Origin: Myxococcota bacterium
GTDB taxonomy: Bacteria; Myxococcota_A; UBA9160; PR03
Direction: 5' to 3'
Length of the DNA: 62,909 nt
Assembly: GCA_041611735.1 (NCBI GenBank)
Contig: JBFIML010000025.1
Coordinates: 1-62,909, forward strand
The position numbers were made by a program, and so were the translations under genes. Position 1 is the stretch's first letter, and each line of letters starts with the position of its first letter. Shown in pieces: positions 9,027 to 19,379 of this stretch. The notes under the pieces are model-generated. The model worked only from the letters and a program-made list of their open reading frames with translations. It was not told where the DNA came from and searched no databases.

Positions 9027-10885
9027 CCGGGCCGGAGCGCGTGCAGCTGGCCGAAGGCCTTGCGCAGCGCCAAACGCTGCACGGGTTTGCTCACGACGAG
9101 ATCGACGTCCGAGGCGCTTTCCTCGGAGGCCTTCCAGAACTCGCCGAACCCCGTGAGCAGGACGACGGGGACATGGGGACGCCGGGCCTTGATGGCCGTC
9201 GCCACCTCGCGGCCCGTCATGCCGGGCATGGCCTGATCCGTGAGGACGAGATCGAAGGGCATCCGATCGAGCCAATCCAGGCCGGCCGGGCCGCTCGCCG
9301 CGACCTCCACGCGGTGGCCCTCGCTGGCGAGCAGCCGCGTCAAGGTGCGCCGCACCAGCGGATCGTCGTCGATCAGGAGCACCCGGAGCGGCGACCCGGG
9401 CTCGGGATCTTCACGCTCCAAGGGGGCCTCGGACGCCTCCGTCTCTGCGGAAATCAGAAACCGGATCCGGAAGCAGGTACCCTGGCCCGGCTTGCTCTCG
9501 ATCTCGATCTCCCCGCCGTGACGCTCGGCGATCCCGTAGACGGTGGCGAGGCCCATCCCGGTGCGCAGCGCCCCCTTGGTGGTGAAGAACGGCTCGAGGC
9601 AGCGGCTTCGCTCCTCCTCGGACATTCCCACTCCGTCGTCCCTCACCTCGACCACCACGCGATCCCCGTCCCGGTGCGTGGCGAGCTCGATCGTGCCCCC
9701 GCCGGGCATGGCGTCCACCGCATTGAAGATCAGGTTCGTCAGCATTTCGCGGATCTCGGACTCCTGGAGGCGCAGGGTCGGGATCGGCTCGCGGCGCATC
9801 TCCACCCGGATGTGGATCCCGTCCCCGAGCGATTCGTCTCGCCAGCGCGGCTGCGTCAGACGCACCGCCTGCTCCACCAGCCGGTTCAGATCGGCGGCCT
9901 CCAGCAGCTCGGTGCGCGCGCGAGGCCGGTAGAACTCCATCAGCCGGTTGACGACGCCGCTCGCATCGACAGCGGCAGTCCGGATCATCTCGAGACACTC
10001 GCGAACCTCCTCGGGGTCGGAGCGAGCCTGCGGATCGCGCAGCAGGAGGTCGCTGAAGCCGAGGATCGGCTGGAGGGTGTTGTTGAAATCGTGGGCCACT
10101 CCGCTCGCCATGAGGCCGAGGGCGCGCAGGCGCTCCTGGCGCACGATCTTCTCCTGGGTGGCCCGGAGCTGCTCCAAGGCCTCCTCCAGCCGTCGATTGG
10201 TCTCGCGCAGCGTGGCCTCGTTGCGGCGACGTTCGTCCTCGAGGACCACTTCCCGCTGGTTGCGCCGATAGCTGTCGTAGAGGACGCCGGCGGCGCCCGC
10301 CAGGCCTTCGAGATGCGCCTGCTCGCGTTCGGCGTATCCGCCGCTCCGATTGGCCACGGCGATCATGCCCACCACTTCCTCGCCCCACAGGAACGGAACG
10401 CCGAGGAAGGCGCGTAGCGGCGGGTGACCGGACGGCACGCCACGCGCCTGGGGGTGCCTGTCCGGCGCGTTGGCAATCAGCGGCCGGCCCTGGGTGAGCA
10501 CGGCGCCGAAGAGGGTGTCGAAATTCCGGAACTCGAGGTACCCCACCTCCCGATAGGTACGGAGCGCCTGCTCGTAGAAGGCCCGGTTCTCGTGGGCATC
10601 CCACACGATGCCGGCATGGGCGAGGACGCGCAGGGCAGGCCCCTCCACCACGACCCCCACGAAGCCGTATTCGCTCCCGGTCAGGTCGAAGCAGCCTCGC
10701 AGCAGCGCCTCGCTGGCGCGGCCCCAGTCGCCCCGGTCCAGGAACACCGTCATCGCTTCGGTGATGGCCTGGAGCTGGCGCGTCCGGTCGCGCAGGTCCT
10801 GCTCGGTACGATCGCGCTCGATCCAGTCGCCCACGGCTCTCCGCACCGCCCCGAGCGCGGAGAGTATCCCCGTGGAGCGGGGCAC
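9023..10885 (-). CDS. Hybrid sensor histidine kinase (GAF-HisKA-HATPase-REC)
   Basis: GAF (GVPSGHPPLRAFLGVP), H-box AHDFNN, NAVDAM, DDGVGM, FFTTK and GMGL boxes; C-terminal receiver TDQAMPG; start uncertain. Confidence 0.9.
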   Translation of the reverse strand: MPRSTGILSALGAVRRAVGDWIERDRTEQDLRDRTRQLQAITEAMTVFLDRGDWGRASEALLRGCFDLTGSEYGFVGVVVEGPALRVLAHAGIVWDAHENRAFYEQALRTYREVGYLEFRNFDTLFGAVLTQGRPLIANAPDRHPQARGVPSGHPPLRAFLGVPFLWGEEVVGMIAVANRSGGYAEREQAHLEGLAGAAGVLYDSYRRNQREVVLEDERRRNEATLRETNRRLEEALEQLRATQEKIVRQERLRALGLMASGVAHDFNNTLQPILGFSDLLLRDPQARSDPEEVRECLEMIRTAAVDASGVVNRLMEFYRPRARTELLEAADLNRLVEQAVRLTQPRWRDESLGDGIHIRVEMRREPIPTLRLQESEIREMLTNLIFNAVDAMPGGGTIELATHRDGDRVVVEVRDDGVGMSEEERSRCLEPFFTTKGALRTGMGLATVYGIAERHGGEIEIESKPGQGTCFRIRFLISAETEASEAPLEREDPEPGSPLRVLLIDDDPLVRRTLTRLLASEGHRVEVAASGPAGLDWLDRMPFDLVLTDQAMPGMTGREVATAIKARRPHVPVVLLTGFGEFWKASEESASDVDLVVSKPVQRLALRKAFGQLHALRPG

Positions 10886-10984
10886 ACAACCGCGCTTCGG
10901 ATCATCGACCGTCCCGGAGCCCCGAGGCGCCCACGGATCCGCGAGAGCCAGCGTCGGCCCCGCCACTGCGGGTAGAATGCCGCC

Positions 10985-12202
10985 ATGCAGGCCGCCGGAC
11001 ACCCCGTGGAGAGCCCCGTCTTTGCACCCGGGCGACTCGGGCCCCTGGCGCTCCGCAATCGGGTAATCAAGTCCGCTACCTTCGAGGGAATGTCGCCGGG
11101 GGGGGTTCCCTCCCCGGCGCTGATCGAGCACCACCGGCGCCTGGCGGCGGGCGGAGTCGCCCTCACCACGGTGGCCTACGGCGCCGTCTCCCGCGACGGG
11201 CGCACCTTCGGCGACCAGCTGGTGATCGACGAGGCGACGGGCCAGGCGCTGCGTGCCTTGACCGACGCCGTGCACCGGGAGGGTGCCGCCGCCTCGCTCC
11301 AGCTCAGCCATTGCGGATTCTTCACCCGCCACCGGGAGCCCGGAGCGCCGGGGCCACGCGGTCCCTCCGCCGGCTTCAACGCCTACGGCCTGGCCTCCGG
11401 CCTGCCCCTGGTGCGCGCCCTCCGCCAGGAGGAGATCGAGGCGATCGTCGAGGCGTACGCCGGGGCCGCGGCGCGGGCGGCGCGGGCGGGCTTCGACGCC
11501 GTGGAGCTGCACATCGGGCACGGCTATCTCCTGAGCCAGTTCCTCTCTCCGGCCACCAACCGGCGGCGGGATCGCTGGGGCGGGAGCCTCGAGAACCGGC
11601 TGCGGCTTCCAGTGGCCGTGGTGCGTCGCGTGCGCGACGCGGTGGGATCCCAGGTGGCGCTCCTCGCCAAGACGAACCTGCGCGATGGCTTCCGCGGCGG
11701 CCTCGAGCTCGACGAGGCGGTGGAGGTGGCGCGCCGGCTCGAGGCCGAAGGCGTGGACGGGCTCGTCCTCTCGGGCGGCTTCACCAGCCGCACGCCCTTC
11801 TACCTGCTGCGGGGCAGACGCCCCCTGCGGGAGATGATCCGGGTCGAGCGCAACCCGCTCCAGCGCATGGCGTTGCGCGCCTTCGGGCCCATCTGGGTCA
11901 AGGCCTGGCCCTTCGAGGAGCTGTTCTTCCTGCCCCTGGCGCGCGAGGTGCGCAAGGCGGTCGGACTTCCCCTGGCCCTGCTAGGCGGGATCGTGTCGCT
12001 GGACGGCATGGAGATTGCGGCCCGGGAAGGCTTCGAGTTCGTGGCGCTCGGGCGCGCGCTGGTGGCCGATCCGGAGCTCGTGCGGGACCTGGCCCGGGGC
12101 GCGAAGCGACGCAGCCGCTGCACGGCCTGCAACGAGTGCATCACCGAGTCCGAGGCCGGCGGCGTGCGCTGCGTCCTGGACGGCCCGCGAGGGACTTCGT
12201 GA
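10985..12202 (+). CDS. NADH:flavin oxidoreductase (old yellow enzyme family)
   Basis: LRNRVIKSATFE, ELHIGHGYLLSQFLSP..NRR.D.WGGSLENR; C-terminal CxxCxxC. Confidence 0.92.
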   Translation: MQAAGHPVESPVFAPGRLGPLALRNRVIKSATFEGMSPGGVPSPALIEHHRRLAAGGVALTTVAYGAVSRDGRTFGDQLVIDEATGQALRALTDAVHREGAAASLQLSHCGFFTRHREPGAPGPRGPSAGFNAYGLASGLPLVRALRQEEIEAIVEAYAGAAARAARAGFDAVELHIGHGYLLSQFLSPATNRRRDRWGGSLENRLRLPVAVVRRVRDAVGSQVALLAKTNLRDGFRGGLELDEAVEVARRLEAEGVDGLVLSGGFTSRTPFYLLRGRRPLREMIRVERNPLQRMALRAFGPIWVKAWPFEELFFLPLAREVRKAVGLPLALLGGIVSLDGMEIAAREGFEFVALGRALVADPELVRDLARGAKRRSRCTACNECITESEAGGVRCVLDGPRGTS

Positions 12203-13023
12203 GGCGTCTCGCGGGACGCGTCGCCGTGGTGACGGGCGCGGGGAGCGGGATCGGCCGAGCCACCAGCGAGCTTCTGGCCCGGCGCGGTTGCGACGTCGCC
12301 CTGGTGGACGTGGACGAAGCCGGGATCCGCGTCAGCGCCGAGCGCGTGGCGGCCACGGGCCGACGCGCTTCTCTCCACCTGGCGGACGTGGCGGATCGCA
12401 AGCGCATGCAGGAGCTTCCCGAGGAGGTCTTGCGGGAGCATGGACACGTGCACGTGCTCGTGAACAACGCGGGCGTGACCGTGGGCCGCTGCTTCGAGGA
12501 CCACACGCTGGAAGACCTCGACTGGATCGTGGGGGTCAATTTCTGGGGCGTGGTCCATGGCTGCAAGTTCTTTCTTCCGCTCCTACGACGAGAGGAGGAG
12601 GCCCACATCGTGAACCTCTCCAGCCTGGCCGGCTTCCTGGGGCTGCCCATGCAGAGCTCCTACTGCGCCACCAAGGCGGCCGTGCGGGCCCTGAGCGAGG
12701 CGCTCTGGACGGAGCTGAGCGGGTCGCAGGTGGGGGTCACCAGCGTCCACCCGGGCGCCACGGCCACGCGCATCCTGCGCGCCTCGCGGGCGGACGATGC
12801 GGAGAGCGTGGCGCGCTGGGCCGATCGTCTGGAGCGGCGCGCGATGCCCCCCGAGCGGGTGGCGAGCCGCATCGTATGGGCCATCGAGCGCAACCGCATG
12901 CGCGTCCTGGTCGGGCCCGAGACCCGACTCACCGACTGGCTGAAGCGGCTGTTTCCCGTGCTGCCCCACCGGCTCCTGGCGGGAGCCTTTCGGCGCACGG
13001 TCCGGCGAAAGGAGGCTTCCTGA
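12199..13023 (+). CDS. SDR family oxidoreductase
   Basis: GTGA overlap with the upstream gene; TGAGSGIG, NNAG and YCATK motifs. Confidence 0.92.
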   Translation: MRRLAGRVAVVTGAGSGIGRATSELLARRGCDVALVDVDEAGIRVSAERVAATGRRASLHLADVADRKRMQELPEEVLREHGHVHVLVNNAGVTVGRCFEDHTLEDLDWIVGVNFWGVVHGCKFFLPLLRREEEAHIVNLSSLAGFLGLPMQSSYCATKAAVRALSEALWTELSGSQVGVTSVHPGATATRILRASRADDAESVARWADRLERRAMPPERVASRIVWAIERNRMRVLVGPETRLTDWLKRLFPVLPHRLLAGAFRRTVRRKEAS

Positions 13024-13730
13024 TGGCGGACGAGGCGATCCGGACCGAGCGGCACGAGGCGGTCCTGCTGGTGCACCTGGACGACGGCAAGGCCAACGCG
13101 CTCTCCCCGACCCTGATCGAAGGGCTGCACGCGGTGCTCGACCGCGCCGAGAAGGAGGCCGGCGCGGTGTTGCTGGCCGGCCGACCGGGCCGCTTCTCGG
13201 CGGGCTTCGACCTGGCCACCATGGGCGCCGGCGCCGACGCGGCCCGGGCCCTCGTCACCGCCGGGGCGGAGCTCCTGCTGCGCCTCTTGGAGTTCCCTCG
13301 GCCGCTGGTGGCGGCGTGCACGGGGCACGCGCTGGCCGCCGGCGCCCTGCTGCTGCTGGCGAGCGACACCCGGCTCGGCGCGCGCGGAGCGTTCAAGATC
13401 GGCCTGAACGAGGTGGCGATCGGCATGCGACTCCCGATCTTCGCCGTGGAGATGGCCCGGGCCCGGCTCGCTCCGCCCCACTTCACCCGGGCGGTCCTCC
13501 AGGCGGAGATCTACGCTCCGGAGGGAGCCCTGGAGGCCGGCTTCCTGGACCGGTTGACGGAGCCGGAGCGTCTGCTGGAAGCCGCACGCGAGGAGGCCAT
13601 GCGCCTGGCGGGGCTGCCGGCCGCCGCCTTCGCGGGCACGAAACGCCTGGCCCGCGGCGACCTCGTCGCCCGCGTGCGCGAGACCCTGGCCGAGGACATG
13701 GCAAGGATCTCCGGGCCGACGCCCCGCTAG
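13023..13730 (+). CDS. Crotonase/enoyl-CoA hydratase family protein
   Basis: TGATG overlap; LDDGKANAL, FSAGFDL, CTGHALAAG and GLNEVAIG motifs. Confidence 0.9.
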   Translation: MADEAIRTERHEAVLLVHLDDGKANALSPTLIEGLHAVLDRAEKEAGAVLLAGRPGRFSAGFDLATMGAGADAARALVTAGAELLLRLLEFPRPLVAACTGHALAAGALLLLASDTRLGARGAFKIGLNEVAIGMRLPIFAVEMARARLAPPHFTRAVLQAEIYAPEGALEAGFLDRLTEPERLLEAAREEAMRLAGLPAAAFAGTKRLARGDLVARVRETLAEDMARISGPTPR

Positions 13731-14581
13731 GCGCGCCCGGAGGACGAAGCGCCACGCACCTGCACGTTCGAGGTCACGCTCGAGCTCGGGGTGAAGCCGT
13801 TCTCCAGCAGGACGCGCCGGCAGCGGTCCATCACGACGCTGCGCACCTCCAGGAGCTCGAGGCCCTGCTGGAAGGTGTCGCTCCAGAAGCCGACCTCCAG
13901 CTCCACCCACTGGGGCGCAAGCGCGGAGAGATGCACACTCGGGGGCGGGTCCTTCAGCACCCCCTCCACGCTGCGCACCGCTTCGAGCAGCACGCGGCGC
14001 GCCTTGTCGGCGTCGTCGGCGTAGTCGATCCCCACGGTGAAGCTCGGCCGCCGCAGGCCGTCGCGGGTGAAGTTCACCAGCGCCCGGCGGAAGATATCGG
14101 CGGTGGGGATGAAGATGTCACGGCCGTCGGCGGTCCGGATGTGGACATGGCGCAGCTGGATTCCGCGCACGGCCCCCACCCACTCGCCGCTCTGGATCAG
14201 GTCCCCCATCTCGAAGGTGCGGCTGAAGGAGAGGAAGAAGCCGGCCAGCAGGTTCTCCCCGATCTCGCGGAAGGCGAAGCCGAACACCACGGCCATGACG
14301 CCACCGGCGGCGAGCAGCCCCGCGGCCACGCGCCCGAGGCCCGCCGCCTGGAGCGCCAGCAGCAGGCCCGCGAAGCCGAGCCCCCAGCGGGAGAGCTGGC
14401 GCAGGGGGCGTTCGTACTCGCGGGTCCGGCTGGAGCGGCGCGCGAGACGCGCCAGCCCGGCGCCGATCGCGCGCCCCGCCGCGACGAAGAGCCCGAGTAG
14501 CAGGAGCGCCAGGACCAGGCGCGGCGCCACCTGCAGCAGTGCCTCCCAGTCCTCGCGCACGCTCTCCAGCAGGATCTCCAT
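13727..14581 (-). CDS. Small-conductance mechanosensitive channel (MscS family)
   Basis: Three TM helices, GFAFREIGENLLAG, F..GD.I, then beta domain and VGIDY. Confidence 0.88.
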   Translation of the reverse strand: MEILLESVREDWEALLQVAPRLVLALLLLGLFVAAGRAIGAGLARLARRSSRTREYERPLRQLSRWGLGFAGLLLALQAAGLGRVAAGLLAAGGVMAVVFGFAFREIGENLLAGFFLSFSRTFEMGDLIQSGEWVGAVRGIQLRHVHIRTADGRDIFIPTADIFRRALVNFTRDGLRRPSFTVGIDYADDADKARRVLLEAVRSVEGVLKDPPPSVHLSALAPQWVELEVGFWSDTFQQGLELLEVRSVVMDRCRRVLLENGFTPSSSVTSNVQVRGASSSGRA

Positions 14582-14600
14582 CCGGGCGCCCTTGCCCGGC

Positions 14601-15836
14601 TCAGCTCAGCCGGTCCACGACCAGCTCGCCGTCCTGCATGACCACCGCCAGGTGCTTGCCCTGCTCCTCGAGGAGGGAGAGGTCGTCGAGGGGGTTGCCG
14701 TCCACGACCAGGAGGTCGGCGCGGGCGCCCGGCGCGATCGTTCCCAGCTCGCCAGACCGGTTCAGGATCTCGGCGTTCACCGCCGTGGCGGAGTGCAGGA
14801 TCTCCGCAGGGGTCAGCACTTGCGCGCGCAGGGTGAACTCCCGGCTCTGCTGGTCGTGGGTCTCGCCCAGCAGGTCTGTTCCGAAGCCCAGGCGCACCCC
14901 TGCCTGCTTCGCGATCTCCAGGGACGCGAGACCCGCGTCGAGGACGTCGCGCACCTTGCGCTGGCTCACCTCCGGGAAGCCGAGCTTGCCTCCGAGCTCG
15001 TCGATTGCGAAGTAGGTGACGAGGGTGGGGACCAGGTAGACGCCGCGCTCCGCCAGCAGGGCCGCCGTCTCGCGGTCGATCAGGTTGCCGTGCTCGATGC
15101 TGCGCACCCCGGCTTCCACGGCGCGGCGGATCGCCTCCGGCGTGTAGGCATGTGCCATGGCGTAGGTGCGCCAGCCCGCCGCTTCCTCCACGATCGCCCG
15201 CATCTCCCCCACCGAGTATTGGAGGTTCCAGATCGGGTCCGAAGGCGACGCGACACCGCCCGAAGCCATGATCTTCACCTGGGTGGCGCCGCGCCGCAGC
15301 TCCTCGCGCGCCGCCTTGCGCACCGCGTCCACACCGTCGGCCACGTGGGAGAAGGCGGTGGTGTGGATGCGACAGGCGCACAGATCCGGGGCATCGGAGC
15401 GTGGCCGGAAGTCGCCGTGGCCCCCGGTCTGGCTCAGCACGCGGCCCGAGAAGAACAGGCGTGGGCCCCGGATCAGGCCGCGCTCCACGGCCTCGGCCAG
15501 GCCCCAGTCGGCGCCCCCGGCGTCGCGCACGCTGGTGAAACCCCGCCGCAGCATTCCCTCCAGCACGCGGCGCGCCTCCTGGGCCACCAGGGTCACGGGC
15601 CGCGCCTCCATCGCCGCCAGGTTCATGGTGGTGATCACCGCGTGGACGTGGGCGTCGATCAGCCCGGGCATGAGGGTGCGGCCGCCCACGTCGAGGCGGC
15701 GCGCTCCGCTGGCGCGGACCGGACCCGGCTCGACCTCCGCGATCCGATCCCCCTCCACGAGCACCGAGTGCCCGGGCCTGAGCTCGCCACGCTCGGTGTC
15801 CAGCAGGGCCGCGTTCTCGAACAGGAGCTGCGCCAC
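14601..15836 (-). CDS. Metal-dependent amidohydrolase (prolidase-like)
   Basis: MPGLIDAHVH, GFTSVRDAGG, KIMASGG, AHAY, SIEHG and FGTDLLG motifs. Confidence 0.92.
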   Translation of the reverse strand: MAQLLFENAALLDTERGELRPGHSVLVEGDRIAEVEPGPVRASGARRLDVGGRTLMPGLIDAHVHAVITTMNLAAMEARPVTLVAQEARRVLEGMLRRGFTSVRDAGGADWGLAEAVERGLIRGPRLFFSGRVLSQTGGHGDFRPRSDAPDLCACRIHTTAFSHVADGVDAVRKAAREELRRGATQVKIMASGGVASPSDPIWNLQYSVGEMRAIVEEAAGWRTYAMAHAYTPEAIRRAVEAGVRSIEHGNLIDRETAALLAERGVYLVPTLVTYFAIDELGGKLGFPEVSQRKVRDVLDAGLASLEIAKQAGVRLGFGTDLLGETHDQQSREFTLRAQVLTPAEILHSATAVNAEILNRSGELGTIAPGARADLLVVDGNPLDDLSLLEEQGKHLAVVMQDGELVVDRLS

Positions 15837-15868
15837 GCGCACAGCATCGCGCAGGCCCGGCAGGCAGG

Positions 15869-17095
15869 CTAGCGCCCGCGGAAGGCGGCGAGCGCCCCGA
15901 GGACCTCGTCCACGTCGGCGGGGGTGTGCTCGGCGGAGACCTGGAAGCGGATCTCCTCGTCGCCCCGCGGCACCACGGGGTACGTGATGCCGGTGGCCAG
16001 GATCCCATGGGCGCGCAGGTGCCGCACCAGGGCGGCGGTACGTGCCGTATCGCGCACCAGCAGGGGCACCACCGGGTGCTCGCCGGGGATCGTGTCCCAG
16101 CCCTGGGCCACGAGGCCCCGCTCGAAGCGCACCGTCATGGCCCGCAGGTGAGCCAGCCGCGCGCGCCCCGGCTCGCTATCCACGATCGCGAGGGCCCGGC
16201 TGGCCACCGCGGCCTCCGCCGGCGTGATGGGGTTCGAGTAGACGTAGAAGGGCGACGTCTCGCGCAGGTAGTCCACCAGGACCCGACTCCCCACCACGTA
16301 GCCCCCGTTCACGCCGAGGGCCTTGCCCAGCGTCGCCACCAGCAGGTCGGCTCGGGCCTGGGTCACCTCCTCGGTTCCCCGCCCCGTCGCCCCGAGCGCA
16401 GCGACGCCGTGGGAGTCGTCCACGACGACCACCACGTTCTCGGGGAAGGCCTCATCGTGGGCGCGCGCGAGCTCCAGGATGTGCGCCAGGGGGGCATGGT
16501 CGCCCCGCATGCTGAAGACGCCGTCGGTCACCACCAGCGCGCGGCGACACGACCGCGCGGCCTGGGCGAGGGCGGCCGCGAGCTCCTCCGGGGCCCCGTG
16601 TCGATACACGTGCTTCTCCGCCGGCCGGGACAGGCGGATGGCGTTGATGATGCAGTTGTGGTTCAGCTCGTCGCTCAGGACCGCGGTCTCGGGCGTGATG
16701 AGGGGAGGCAGGATCCCCATCACGGCGGCGTAGGCAGAGCTGTAGAGCATGCCGGCCTCGCGGCCGTGAAAGGTGGCGAGCTGGCGCTCCAGCGTTACGT
16801 GGGGTTCGAACGTGCCGCTGATGAAGCGGACGGCGCCGGGGCCGGTCCCGAAGGCGCGGGCGGCCTCCTCCTCGGCGGCGATGGTCTCGGGGTCGAGGGC
16901 AAGGCCCAGGTAGCCGTTGGAGTTCATGCGCAGGAAGGGGCGCTGGCCCTGGCCCGCCAGCAGGTAGCGGGGCCCGCGGCCGGCGGCCGGCGGCTGCACG
17001 CCGACGATCACCGCCTCGGCGCCCTTGCGGGTGCCGGCCGCGTCGAGCTTCGCCAGCTCTGCCGCCAAGGCGGGCTCGATCCGGTCCACGGGCAT
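15869..17095 (-). CDS. kbl: 2-amino-3-ketobutyrate CoA ligase (glycine C-acetyltransferase)
   Basis: PLP class II motifs SNGYLGL, VRFISGT, SDELNHNCII, DGVFSM, DDSHG and TLGKA; adjacent to tdh. Confidence 0.85.
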   Translation of the reverse strand: MPVDRIEPALAAELAKLDAAGTRKGAEAVIVGVQPPAAGRGPRYLLAGQGQRPFLRMNSNGYLGLALDPETIAAEEEAARAFGTGPGAVRFISGTFEPHVTLERQLATFHGREAGMLYSSAYAAVMGILPPLITPETAVLSDELNHNCIINAIRLSRPAEKHVYRHGAPEELAAALAQAARSCRRALVVTDGVFSMRGDHAPLAHILELARAHDEAFPENVVVVVDDSHGVAALGATGRGTEEVTQARADLLVATLGKALGVNGGYVVGSRVLVDYLRETSPFYVYSNPITPAEAAVASRALAIVDSEPGRARLAHLRAMTVRFERGLVAQGWDTIPGEHPVVPLLVRDTARTAALVRHLRAHGILATGITYPVVPRGDEEIRFQVSAEHTPADVDEVLGALAAFRGR

Positions 17096-17120
17096 GGGGG
17101 CTTCCTTCTGCCGGCGTGCC

Positions 17121-18080
17121 TCAGCCCGTCGGCCGCAGCTTCGCGCGCAGCGCCTCCAGCATGTCGCGGGCCATGGCCGGCAGGTCGTAGCGGGGCTTCC
17201 AGCCCCACTCCTCGCGGGCCGCCCTGTCGTCCAGCGAGTCGGGCCAGGAATCCGCGATCGCCTGCAGGCCCGCGTCCAGGTCGTAGTCGATGACGAAGTC
17301 CGGGACGTGCTTGCGGATCTCCGCGGCCAGCTCCTCGGGGGTCACGCTCATGGCGGTCACGTTGAAGGCGTTGCGATGCGCCAGACGCGTCGCGTCCGCC
17401 GCCATCAGCTCCATCATGGCGCGGATCGCGTCGGGCATGTACATGAAGTCCAGACGCGAGTCCGGCCGCAGGAAGCAGGTGTAGTGCTGGTAGCGCACCG
17501 CCTGGTAGAAGATCTCCACGGCCCAGTCGGTGGTGCCCCCGCCGGGGGGCGCCTGGTGGGAGACCAGGCCCGGCAGCCGGAGGCCGCGTGTATCCAGCTG
17601 GAAACGCAGCGCGTAGTAGTCGCACAGCAGCTCGCCGGCCACCTTGGTGATGCCGTACAGGGTGGTGGGACGTTGGATCGTGTCCTGGGGCGTGCGCTCG
17701 GGCGGCGTGCTCGGCCCGAAGGCGCCGATCGAGCTGGGGAAGAACACCGCGCAGCGGTGCGAGCGGGCGGTCTCGAGCACGCGGTAGAGGCCGCCCATGT
17801 TCACGTCCCAGGCCACGCGCGGTTTCTCCTCGGCCACCGCGGAGAGCAGCGCCGCCAGGTGGTAGATGGTCCCCACCTGGTGGCGGCGCACCACCTCGTC
17901 GATCTGACGGATGTGCGTGCAGTCCACGTACTCGAAGGGGCCGTCGCTCGCCGGCGCGTGGGGCGGCGCCATGCGGATGTCCGACGCCACCACCCGGTCG
18001 GCGCCATGGCGCTCCCGCAGTGCCGGGACCAGCTCGGAGCCGATCTGCCCCAGGGCGCCGGTGACGAGGATGCGGCGCAT
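17121..18080 (-). CDS. tdh: L-threonine 3-dehydrogenase (SDR type)
   Basis: GALGQIG, HLAALLSA, PSSIGAFG, YGITK, PGGGTTD, MYMPDA and QAIADSWP motifs. Confidence 0.9.
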   Translation of the reverse strand: MRRILVTGALGQIGSELVPALRERHGADRVVASDIRMAPPHAPASDGPFEYVDCTHIRQIDEVVRRHQVGTIYHLAALLSAVAEEKPRVAWDVNMGGLYRVLETARSHRCAVFFPSSIGAFGPSTPPERTPQDTIQRPTTLYGITKVAGELLCDYYALRFQLDTRGLRLPGLVSHQAPPGGGTTDWAVEIFYQAVRYQHYTCFLRPDSRLDFMYMPDAIRAMMELMAADATRLAHRNAFNVTAMSVTPEELAAEIRKHVPDFVIDYDLDAGLQAIADSWPDSLDDRAAREEWGWKPRYDLPAMARDMLEALRAKLRPTG

Positions 18081-18140
18081 GAGGACCTCCCGCGCGGAGG
18101 CCGGATGCTAGCGCGCCGCCCCGCCCGCCGGGGGGACGTT

Positions 18141-18158
18141 CTTGGGTCAGGCTCCTAG
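18141..18158. repeat. Solo terminal repeat of the CTAG-flanked MITE family
   Basis: CTTGGGTCAGGCTCCTAG is the exact 18-bp reverse complement of 22715-22732. Confidence 0.75.
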
Positions 18159-18221
18159 TTGCCTTTTTCGCGGGAAAAGGCGATTAGTCGAGAACGTCCC
18201 GGTTCGGAGGGAGGGAGGACG

Positions 18222-19379
18222 GTGAGCACTCCGGTCGGCGAGTACACGGGCGCGATCGATCGTGGCCTGGAGGGGGTCGTGGCCTGCACGACCTCGATCA
18301 GCACGATCTCCGGCACGACCCTGCTCTATCGCGGTTACACCATCGAGGACCTCGCCGCGAACGCGAGCTTCGAGGAGGTCGTATACCTGCTCTGGTTCGG
18401 TCAGCTGCCCACGCGACGGGAGCTCGAGGCCTTCGCCGCGAGCCTGCATGCCAGCATGGCGCTCCCGCCCGAGTCGTTCGGCTGGTTCCACGGTCTCCCG
18501 ACCCGGGTCCACCCCATGGACTTCCTCCACGCGGTGGTGGCGGGCCTGTCCTTGCACGACCCGGACGCGAACGTGCTCAGCGACGAGGCGAACCGCAACA
18601 AGGCGATCCGCCTCACCGCGCGACTGGGCACGATCGTGGCAGCCTACCACCGGGTACGCAGCGGCCAGTGGCCGCTCCAGCCCCTTCCGGAGCGCTCGGT
18701 GGCCTGGAACTTCCTGTACATGCTGAGTGGCCGCGAGCCGGACCCGGAGCGCGTGCGGCAGTTCGACACCTGCCTGATCCTGCATGCGGACCACGAGCTC
18801 AATGCCTCGGCCTTCTCGGCCCGGGTGACCTCGAGCACCCTCTCGGGTTTGTACTCGAGCATCATGGCGGCCATCGGGACCCTGAAGGGGCCCCTGCACG
18901 GCGGCGCCAACACCGAGGTGATCCGCATGCTGCTCGAGATCGGCACCGCGGACCGGGTGGAGGCGTACCTGGATGCAGCCCTGGCCTCGGGCCGCAAGGT
19001 GATGGGCTTCGGCCACCGGGTCTACAAGGAGGGAGACCCGCGGGCGCGCATCCTGCGCGAGATGGGCGCTTCGCTCACGCGCGAGACGGGACACCCGCAG
19101 CTCCACGAGATGAGCGTGCGCCTCGACGAGCTGATGCAGTCGCGAAAGGGCCTGATTCCGAACGTCGATTTCTACTCGGCCAGCGTCTACTACGCCCTGG
19201 GGATCCCGCCCGACCTCTTCACGCCGGTGTTCGCCGTGAGCCGGGTGGCCGGCTGGTGCGCCCACGTGCTGGAGCAGTACGCGAACAACCGCATCTATCG
19301 ACCGCGGGGTCGCTACGCGGGACCGGTGGGGCTCCGGGTGCTGTCCCTCGACGCCCGCGAGGCCCGCGTCTCGGCCTGA
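18222..19379 (+). CDS. Citrate synthase / 2-methylcitrate synthase family
   Basis: GTG after GGAGGGAGG; GLEGVVA, HADHELNAS, LKGPLHGGAN, MGFGHRVYK..DPR and PNVDFY motifs. Confidence 0.95.
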   Translation: MSTPVGEYTGAIDRGLEGVVACTTSISTISGTTLLYRGYTIEDLAANASFEEVVYLLWFGQLPTRRELEAFAASLHASMALPPESFGWFHGLPTRVHPMDFLHAVVAGLSLHDPDANVLSDEANRNKAIRLTARLGTIVAAYHRVRSGQWPLQPLPERSVAWNFLYMLSGREPDPERVRQFDTCLILHADHELNASAFSARVTSSTLSGLYSSIMAAIGTLKGPLHGGANTEVIRMLLEIGTADRVEAYLDAALASGRKVMGFGHRVYKEGDPRARILREMGASLTRETGHPQLHEMSVRLDELMQSRKGLIPNVDFYSASVYYALGIPPDLFTPVFAVSRVAGWCAHVLEQYANNRIYRPRGRYAGPVGLRVLSLDAREARVSA

